Below, one piece after another: positions 12,391-21,679 of a stretch of DNA of 64,000 bases. The stretch spans positions 85,436,001 through 85,500,000 of the forward strand of contig NC_043001.1 of NCBI RefSeq assembly GCF_006345805.1, written 5' to 3'. Every line of letters starts with the position of its first letter. The stretch's first letter is position 1. The notes below the pieces were generated by a model. That model ran no database searches. It was given only the letters and a program-made list of their open reading frames with translations, and was not told the DNA's origin. A program made the translations under genes and the position numbers. Source of the DNA: Octopus sinensis (Eukaryota).

Positions 12391-12553
12391 ATGTGAATTC
12401 AAAGCGATTGATGCTTTTATCCTGCAATGTCAGCGCAGAAATTAAACAACAGTTCAAATGTTCAGCCTGTTATATAAGCAAGCAATTTTAAAATATATCG
12501 GTGTAGAGAGTCAATGTTGGTGCACAGACAATGACTAAAAACATGCTGAATCA
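12391..12553 (-). promoter_or_regulatory. Putative proximal promoter of S-crystallin gene A (Inr-like TCACAT, GATAAAA at -27, AP-1/MARE-like TGATTCAGCA)
   Basis: Minus-strand TCACAT at 12396-12391, GATAAAA at 12421-12415 and TGCTGAATCA at 12544-12553 (plus strand). Gene B shows the same layout. Confidence 0.55.
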
Positions 12554-13211
12554 CTGAATAATTGCCGCATTAACAACTGCAGCAAGATTATAATCTTCGT
12601 CCTTGCCATTTTGAAATAGTTAACCAAGAATTTTTTGGTCTTTTCTTCTTTACTTTCTTCAGACATTTTGTGAAGCTATATTGTTTAATTCTTCCCTGAA
12701 GCCGGCTTATTTGTTATCTAGTTATTTATTTTTGTCAAACCAAACCACTGTAATTTAGTAAACAGCAAATGTTTGCAAGAGAAACAAATAAAATTACAAA
12801 AGCTTAAACAAAATCTAAATCATTAAAACTTTCAATTTAATGTATTTATATTTTATAAAGAAATTTAATTTATAAAAAAGAAAATTAAAGATAAAAATAA
12901 TTAAAAAAGCACAGACACCAGGGAAATGCATTTCTACATTTAAAAGAATGCTTTTTTTTATTTTATCTATTTTAATACTTTACTAAATTCTGACGTCTTA
13001 TTCCTGACAAACAGGTCCAGTAATGAGTAAATAACTAAAAACAGCGACCTAGACACGCAGTCAATAGTTTTGTAATACGCTATAAAATGCAAATAACGAA
13101 AATTGACATTCTTCATATTCGATGTTTCACACAAACACACACACACCACACACACACACAAACACACACACACACACACCACACACACAAACACACACAA
13201 ACACACACACA

Positions 13212-13269
<58 letters not shown>

Positions 13270-13517
13270 GGCATTGTACTTTTCTTTTAGTCATTTACTT
13301 GTTTTAATCATTGGACCACGAGCATGCATGGGTTTCGTTTAGTCAGAGTTTTGTCTGTCAAATCGACCGCAACGATTTCTTTAAAGCATTCAATCATCTT
13401 TTTAATCAAACCGATTTAAGTAGACGTAAATAAAAGAATATTGTTTGTCAAGCGTTGGGTATACAAACAGGTATACTAGAACGCACGTATACACACGCAC
13501 GCATATATTATAACCAT

Positions 13518-13658
<141 letters not shown>

Positions 13659-13727
13659 CACACACAAACACACACACACACACATATATATATATAATAA
13701 TGTGTGGTGTGTGTGTGTTGTGTGTAT

Positions 13728-14036
13728 GGAGGCGCAATGGCCCAGAGGTTAGGGCAGCGGACTCGAGGTCGTAGGATCGCGGTTTCGATTCCCAGATCGG
13801 GCGTTGTGAGTGTTTATTGAGCGAAAACACCTAAATCTCCACGAGGCTCCGGCAGGGGGTGGAAGCGATCCCTACTCAACTCTTTCGCCACAACTTTCTC
13901 TCACTCTTTCTTCTGTTGGCCTGCTCGCTTAGCCAGCGGGGTGGCATCATTTGAAGGCTAAAACAATGCGAAGCACATTGTGACCAGCGATGTGTCGCAA
14001 CATCTGATAGCCTGGTCGATCACGGTGATCACGGTG

Positions 14037-14038
<2 letters not shown>
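13728..14038 (+). mobile_element. tRNA-derived SINE (GGCGCAATGGCCCAG-head family)
   Basis: A/B-box-like head and shared body; ends CACGGTGATCACGGTGAT before (TA)n. Confidence 0.85.
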
Positions 14039-14077
<39 letters not shown>

Positions 14078-14136
14078 ATATATATATATATACATATATA
14101 TATATACATATATATATACATACATAGACAATCATA

Positions 14137-14946
14137 CAGGGTGCGATGGGTAAATTGTCCGCGTGTGATAAATTTACTTTTGCGCACTGACTATCTTTGA
14201 TTTTGTTCACTACACAATATAGTAGGGTCAGATGGGCACTGTTTGTGAGAAGACAGTACCATAACGCAATTCACCCTGCCAGAATTTTGGAAACGACATA
14301 CTGTACTGCTTGGTATTCGCACCGGAAGCTCGAATACGAACATTTCAGAGTATTTGGCTATCAATTTTAAGAAAGTGCAATCTGATGACAGTGCAATCTG
14401 AAAACATGTACAGAGAGTGATAAAAATAAACCATGCAGTCAATATCATGGTGTTTTGAGTTAATACTAGTGATGGCGACGTTATGGCTCCATTTATCTCT
14501 CCACACGGACTCGCACACAACACAGAGTCTTGCATCAAGTACCTGGAGTTGGTAGTGCTGCCCTGGGTCAAGAGGGTGGCAGGAGAACCCAGTCATGGCT
14601 GCCAGATGATTTTTGCGACCGAATCACCCCTAACATCTGGTCACCTAACTCCCCAGACTGTAACCCCCCTTGTTCATTATGCATGGTGTGCAGTTAAGAG
14701 AGAGACCAACAAAATTCCTAGTAGCACCAAAGAAGAACTGAAGGCAAGGATTATGTCAGCATTCACCAACTTAAACAAGGGGACCATGTAGAAGACTTGC
14801 AAGAGACTCCGAAGTTGACACGAAGCCGTAGCTGAAGCCAATGGCGATTTTATTGAACAAATTTAATTTTGGTAAAAACAACTGTTAAAATAAGATGTCA
14901 TTGTTATTTTCCGTTATTTAGACGACAGTTTTTTAAACACACCTTG
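14137..14946 (+). mobile_element. Internally deleted Tc1/mariner-superfamily (maT/DD37D-like) relic
   Basis: TA-flanked CAGGGTG/CAAGGTG termini. ORF 14483-14791 (YLELVVLPWVKRVAG...AWCAVKRETNK...ELKARIMSAF) is a transposase C-terminal region. Confidence 0.8.
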
Positions 14947-14993
14947 TATACACACACACACACACACACATACACACACACACACACACACAC

Positions 14994-15087
<94 letters not shown>

Positions 15088-15824
15088 CGGGATAGTAATT
15101 TTTGTTCCCTCGTTCGTTATTGTTCTGATTCTAATTTTTGTTCATTGTCTTGAAATCTTACAAACCTGCAACCATGTATATATACATGCATGGTTACTTA
15201 TATATGTGCATCTATTTGACGTATATGTGGATGCACAAGTGTGTGTTTCATGCTAGTCTCAGTGAACATATATATATATATATATATATAGGTACATGTA
15301 CGTGGGTGTGATTGTGTATATATGTACATGCGCACACGCGATTGCTATGAGCTTTCTTACTCCTTTTACTTTTACTTTTTACTTCATTCCCTTCAATTTT
15401 TCCCTTATTTAACGGTTATTTTCATAGCATATTTTAATTGCCTCGATAACTGACAAGATGCCGGTGCACGTTTCCGCCGCGACATGCGAAACTCGGAGTT
15501 TTATCGTTGCAACCGAATAATTGTCACATATTATATTACAAATATATATATGTATATGTCTGTGTGTATCTCTGTGTGTGTGCATGATGATTGCTTCATC
15601 TTGTGAGATGATAACCGTCCCATCAACACACACACCACACCCCATCACATTGTACAATCACTCCGTTGGTGAGCCCTTAGATGATTTTCGAAACCAGCTG
15701 CTGACTGACAGGGTTTAAAACACAAGTGACATATATTCAAGTTTCTTATATAGTTTTGCCTTTTGGAATGTGAGTGTATAATATATACAATAAAGATTTT
15801 CTATTTATAGAAATGATGTATCTG

Positions 15825-15889
<65 letters not shown>

Positions 15890-15909
15890 ATATATATATA
15901 TATATACAC

Positions 15910-16255
15910 CATTTCTATAAATAGAAAATCTTTATTGTCTCCTTTCATTTGTTCTTCCCTCTCAGAACCTTACAGTAGTCTGGAACAACTGAATCTTAGT
16001 CAGTCAGTTGATGGGCTCCACTACCTCAAATGTTCTTAAAATTTAAATCCACATCTTTGTCTATATATCTACCTTCTCTATAATGTTGCCACTTGATATG
16101 AACATTTTTGTATTAATGGAAAAGCTTTATAATTGGCTGATGAGTGCTCAGTATTTTAAAACTGCTGTAATACTTACAGCATTTAATAAAATGATGTAGT
16201 ACGAAACGATCGTACCAAATTACCGAAGTCATTCTTGTTGCTTATTTTGATTATA
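15910..16255 (+). mobile_element. PLE-type 3' terminal repeat fragment carrying the hammerhead
   Basis: Shares TTTTAAAAC...TAATACTT...GAAACGATCG...TTGTTGCTTATTTTGATTA with the repeats at 20515-20795 and 20935-21112; ends in (TA)n. Confidence 0.6.
16131..16220 (+). ncRNA. Type-I hammerhead ribozyme with intact catalytic core
   Basis: Stem I TTGG/CCAA; CTGATGA at 16137-16143; stem II GTGCT/AGTAC; GAAA at 16203-16206; palindromic stem III ACGATCGT; GUA triplet with predicted cleavage after A16214. Confidence 0.8.
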
Positions 16256-16269
16256 TATATATATATATA

Positions 16270-16960
16270 TTAGAAGAAATGAGGTACTCAGAAATTCGGA
16301 TGGTTTTATATTTACAGATATTTATTTGTATATTATATGTTTTTATACATCATATAACTTAGATCATGTATTAGCACTTTCTCCCATTCTCTTGGGGTTT
16401 TCAAATCGAACTAAGTTCCTGTATAAAAGGTTTTGACCATTTTATAGTGTTATTGAGTGTGTAGTGGTGGGGAGGGATGTAAGACAGTACGAGAGGGTGA
16501 TGGATGGGGAGAAAGTGAGAGAGAGAGAGGGAGCATCTGTGTGTGCATGTGTGTTTTTTATTTGGAAGGAGTGTTAAAGAAAAAGAGGGGAAGGGAGAAG
16601 GAAGAAGAAGAAAAAATGTTTGTTCTGCTGGACAGGATGTTTACTCCAAGGGGGTCTAAGATCTTGGGGGAAAAGAATTTGAGCTTTGACCATTTAATAG
16701 CGTTATTAAATGTGTAGTGTGGCGGGGAAGGACATAAGAAGGTAGACCATCAATTATATTTCCTTTTTATCATTGTGAGAGAGTGTGTGTGTGTGTGTTT
16801 AATGAGGGGTGGTCAAATGGTTTTGGGGTTTTAGAGAAGAAGAATTCTTTTTATTATTGTTTTGTGGAGGTGTATGTGTGTGTGTGGGTGGGTGTCTGTG
16901 AGTTTGGAGTAGGGAAGAAAGGAGAAGAAGAAGAAAAATAATCGTGTTGATAAATGCTAC
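16270..16960 (-). mobile_element. Probable retroelement (PLE-like) 3' region with an internal direct duplication
   Basis: Abuts the same (TA)n tract tail-to-tail with the hammerhead repeat; a ~45-bp unit TTTGACCATTT..TAGYGTTATT..RTGTGTAGT repeats at about 16430 and 16683. Confidence 0.35.
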
Positions 16961-18202
16961 ACAATTGTAAATTGAAAGATTTGTTCTTTAATATATGATG
17001 AGCAAAATTTCATAAGGTCCATATATGTATATATATATGTATTTATGTATATATATATATATATACACATACATATATATATATATATATATACGTATGA
17101 CGTGCTTCGGTACACGTATGCACGTATTATATATATCTCTATGTATGTACGTGACCACCCATACTTAAGCATAAATATAGGTTGTGTGCATTTGTATCTG
17201 TGGTTTGTTGAATCTTGTTTGTATCACGTCTATAGGATGAGCTTCAGAAAGTAGAAACCGAAAATCTAAAACTAATTTCCTCGCAGCTTTATGTCTCATA
17301 TGATAACATAATAATATATAAAAGTTACATAACACAGGAACATTTCGAAATAATTACGATCTACAACACGACTGTGATTTACTTTTATAAATATTTTGAA
17401 CAATAAGAGAAGCGATGGCTGAATCTTTAACCCAGGATCGCAGCTAATTGACTAATAATATGATTATATACACATACATACATACATAACACTTCCACAT
17501 ATATTGGTGTGTATATACCTACATATCACATATGAGAGTGAAATATAGAGAGCAAAACACCCACAAATAGATATGTATGTTTGTGTGAGTATAATTCAGT
17601 TTAATATTTACATTTCATAAATGAAACATAAATGTAAATGTCTCCAAAGATCTGGTGGGATTCCGCTATTCTTATACATTAGAAATAGTGATTTCTAGCA
17701 TTGACATAAATCCACAATTATTGGAAAGATCGTAATCAGTTATATCGATTCAATATATTGGCTTATATGTATTTTATATAATCATTGAAGTGTAAAAAAC
17801 AAATGTGACCCTGCTGGGTTATGAACCTATAAGCTAATACAGCAATGTTATGTCTGGTTAGTATTTTATGAATCTCGCACAACTGGGCAATAATTTTTGT
17901 ACATTCATTTGTCGAAGGGCGAAAGTGTAATGATACTTGTAATCCTAAGTCTCTCTAAAACATAGAGAGAAAGAGAGACAAAGAAAGAGAGAGAAACATG
18001 GAGAAGAGAGGAACATGTTAAAATTAAATTGTCTCCAGCCGACGGGCTCATGAGTTCGGATTTTGTTGCTGTGCTTTGGCATTTAAGAGCCTTAGAAAAC
18101 AATTTTCCCTCCATTACATGCCCACTCTTTGAATGTCAGCTTCTCCCAGGGTATAATCCATTCAGCTGCTACTGGCATACACTTCTAGTGAATGGATTGA
18201 AG

Positions 18203-19014
18203 GGATCTTTACCTTTTGACTTACAGATTAAAAAAAAAAATTTTTGGTAACTAAACACTTTCAAACTTCCGACGCTGGTAGAATGTGTCGTATAAAACAT
18301 GTTTTACTCTTAGCATTTTTAAGAAAAACTTATATTTACGAAGTAATTTCACGTCAAAGCAGTCCTATTTCGGTAATTTCAACCAATCAGTGACGTGTAT
18401 TCAGCTAAATAAAATCACTGCGGTTCTTTGTCAACAATAACTTCCGGCGGTGTATTTTTCATTTGTCACTGTTATTTATGACATCGTTCGTGCATTTGTA
18501 TTGGTTTTAACTTTAATGTTATAGGGTTAGGGTTTTAGGGTTAGGGTTAGGGTTTTAGGGTTTTATTGTTTGGGTTATGGTTTTAGGGTTTTATTGTTTG
18601 GGTTATGGTTTTAGGGTTAGTGTTAGGGATTTAGGGTTAGGGTTAGCGTTAGGGTGTTAGGTTTAGGGTTTGGGTTAGGGTTTTAGGGTTAGGGTTAGGG
18701 TTAATATTTTAGGGTTAAGGTTTTAGTGTTAGGTTTGTCATAAATAACAGTGATAAACTAAAAATACACCGCCGGAAGTTCTTGTTGACAAACAAGGCAG
18801 TAATTTTATTTAGCTGAATACACGTCATTGATCGGTTGAAATTACCGAACTAGGACTACTTTGAAGTGAAATTATTTCGTAAATATAAGTTTTTCTCAGA
18901 AACGCTAAGAGTAAAAGATGTTTTATGCGACACATTCTACCAGTGTCCGAAGTTTGAAAGTGTTTAGTTACAAAAAATTATTTTTTAAATCTGTCGGTCA
19001 AAAAGTAAAGATCC
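18203..19014. mobile_element. Foldback non-autonomous DNA transposon, ~280-bp TIRs, 8-bp TSD, TTAGGG-array spacer
   Basis: Arms 18203-18483 and 18736-19014 are near reverse complements; termini GGATCTTT...AAAGATCC; flanks GATTGAAG and TATTGAAG. Confidence 0.85.
18522..18733 (+). repeat. Interstitial degenerate telomere-like array (TTAGGG with TTTTAGGG variants)
   Basis: Visible TTAGGG runs forming the spacer of the foldback element. Confidence 0.9.
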
Positions 19015-19619
19015 TATTGAAGTGGCCTGAAATGAAGTTCCTTGCTCAAGGACACAATGCACAGCCTGCACCCAGATTCGAACCTATGATCTAATGATCA
19101 TGAGCCATACACCCAATCTATTTCCTCATGTGTTTTCAGCAGAAGCACGAAGAGAGTGTGAAAATTTTATGTTACACAGATGAACAGTAAGAAGGAATTA
19201 CATGCTGGATCGCGAAACTAAGAATGACAGTTTGCAGAATGTATTTATGCGACAGAATATGATTCATAAGAGAAGGTGGATATATCTGAGGAAGTTTAGA
19301 AAAATTAAGGGAGAGTTGAAAATTGTTATTGGAGTAAAAACCAATACAAACAACGCATAATAACAGAGAGAAAAACAGGTTTGCTATGTTTGAGCGGCAT
19401 CTATTTCTCTCAATTCGAATTTCACTAAATGATAGAATTTAGATTATAGATATATTTGAATGTTCATTTTCATGGAGGTTGCTTAGATTAAGATAAAACG
19501 GTAAATATATGCTTCGATTTATGAAAACAAATATGAGCTTTGTAAAGAAATATAAAATACGTTTTCACAATTATCATTGCTGGTTGCAACGAAAGTTAAG
19601 TCAACATTTTATATTATAC

Positions 19620-20040
19620 CTTTTATATTATTTATTTTATTATTTGCTATGGGAATACCCTCTGTTAATATCCATATGTTGATATTTGTAGGATATTGGA
19701 TTACCAGAAATATAGAAAATGAAATCATTGTATTTTGAAGCGTTTCTTTAAGTTCTTAGGTGAAATATTTGCAACGTCATCTAATTCTTCTATGTTTGAT
19801 GAAATGATAATGTCCATCCAATATGTGTGCCTCATTTTTCTGTATTAGAAATCATAGCAAATCTTATAGAAGTTACTGCTGGTGCACGTATTATAGAAAA
19901 CAGAGTAACATATGTTATTGCCTTTAATTTTAGAGGTGAAACCTCAACAACATTGATGTAGTTTGTAATAAATGCAGAATTATTGAAATAAGAAGCCTTC
20001 AAACATGAGAATAGATTCACTATAAACTTTGCAAGATGAG
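19620..20040 (-). mobile_element. Degenerate PLE reverse-transcriptase fragment
   Basis: Minus-strand pieces YVTLFSII and KYNDFIFYISGNPISYKYQHMDI resemble the PLE RT motifs DVxSLFTNI and NYFxF...GNPLSxxxANI; many stops. Confidence 0.4.
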
Positions 20041-20397
20041 AGAGAATGAAAGAAGAAAGAATGAAGTAAAGAGGGACTGATGAAGAAAAGAACTTAGAGA
20101 GAGAGAGAGAGAGAGAGTGGGTGAGAGAAAGAGAGACAAAGAGAGAGAGAGAGTGAGACAAAGAGAGACAAATATATATATATATATATAGAGAGAGAGA
20201 TAGAGAGTGACGTGGCATTCAGCAAAAATTGTATTTGAAGATGAAGTGTAAAGTTATCAAACTTCATTTTGAAAAACTTTCCGACGTTTCGTACAATTTC
20301 TTCTTGGAAGAGCTCGTAAAGTATGTATTATTCATCATGAAAGACAAGAGTGAAGATAATACCTGCAGACTTTACTATATATCCATATATCTATATT

Positions 20398-20443
<46 letters not shown>

Positions 20444-20459
20444 CGTGTATGTGTGTATT

Positions 20460-20514
<55 letters not shown>

Positions 20515-20795
20515 AGTTCAGTAAAAATTTAGATTCAGTTGAATATGGTACTTAAGTTAATGGCACTAGAATTTAGTATGGTATTATCCATATAATTCAA
20601 AATGGGGTGATTATAATCAAAATAAGCAGCAAGGATATCCAAAGGTAATGCAGTGCGATCGTTTCATGCGACTCCATTTAATTTAACAATGCAAGTATTA
20701 CATCAGTTTTAAAAGGAAGACCAACATTCAGCTGCATAAAAATATAGAATTTAGTAAAATTTAAAAGATTCATTTTTATAGTTATTCCATTAACC
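20515..20795 (-). mobile_element. PLE-type terminal repeat, copy A, with mutated hammerhead (20737-20648)
   Basis: Minus strand reads ATGCAG-CTGAATG-...-GAAAC-GATC-GCA-CTGCAT; it is an inverted homologue of 20935-21112. Confidence 0.7.
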
Positions 20796-20934
20796 AAAAT
20801 CACAAATAGGGTAAGTAGGTAGACAAAGAACAAGTTCCATCAACAAAATCATAGTAGTAACTGATATTTTTTGTCATGAAGTCACTACTTATCATTGATT
20901 TTACTTTGTTATTTAGATTTACTACTGGGGGAGG

Positions 20935-21109
20935 GGGAGTTAACTATAAAGATGAATCGTTTAAATTTTACTAAATCCTATATTCTTATGCAGCTGAAGA
21001 TTGCTCTACATTTTAAAACGGATTTAATACTTGCATTGTTCAATTAAATGGAATCGCATGAAACGTTCGTACTGCATTACCTCTGGATATCCTTGTTGCT
21101 TATTTTGAT

Positions 21110-21112
<3 letters not shown>
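20935..21112 (+). mobile_element. PLE-type terminal repeat, copy B
   Basis: Aligns over ~170 bp with the reverse complement of copy A and ends at (TA)n. Confidence 0.7.
20988..21077 (+). ncRNA. Type-I hammerhead motif with conserved core and a mismatched stem II closing pair
   Basis: ATGCAG/CTGCAT stem I; CTGAAGA at 20994-21000; GAAA at 21060-21063; C-GTTC-GT; A21071. The stem II base is T.T followed by TGC/GCA. Confidence 0.65.
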
Positions 21113-21145
<33 letters not shown>

Positions 21146-21679
21146 ATATATATATATTATATTCATATATAACAAGTATTGTGATTGTATTCATAATTAT
21201 TGGTGTGAAATGTTAGTCTGTCTTTACGTAGATGTGTGACTTTATGTTGATATATATATATGTATGTGTGTGTGTATGTGTGCGTGTGTTTGTTATATCG
21301 GGCATATTTATGTAATCAATGCAGTAGATATAAAAGCGGCAACGTTAACTATTAAACTGTAGATTGAAAAAAATAATGAATCGCTATAATCGAATTTTTA
21401 AGTCTTTTAGGATATCTAAATCAGCTTGACTAATCTCAAAGAACCGTGCAGCTAATCAGTTGATATACTCGAGAAATCCAGTAGTCACAGAGAACAGGAG
21501 TACTAATTTGCAACTTAAAGTTTCGTATACTCGTAGAACTGACCTATATCGTCAGACATGTATGGAAGTATCCTCTGTGGAAGCCTAATGAGATACGTTC
21601 GTTGTATAAACGCTTTAAATTTTAGATCGCATGTAGCTGAGTCTAAGTGTTGTCTCTAATTATAAATGGCAAGTTTGTG

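Noticed and set aside
12217-12402. [13 protein letters not shown]... overlapping exon 1 of gene A
   Set aside because: It is an alternative frame of the real S-crystallin exon.
13728-13800. tRNA genes at SINE heads (also 11700-11772, 28126-28190, 47768-47830)
   Set aside because: A and B boxes are present, but each continues into a shared SINE body with no acceptor-stem closure.
14382-14410. CTGATGA-CAG...CTG-AAAAC as a hammerhead
   Set aside because: It lies inside a maT transposase relic, arises from a local GTGCAATCTGA duplication, and lacks stems I and III.
18522-18733. True telomere or chromosome-fusion scar
   Set aside because: The array is degenerate, in one orientation only, and enclosed by TIRs with a TSD.
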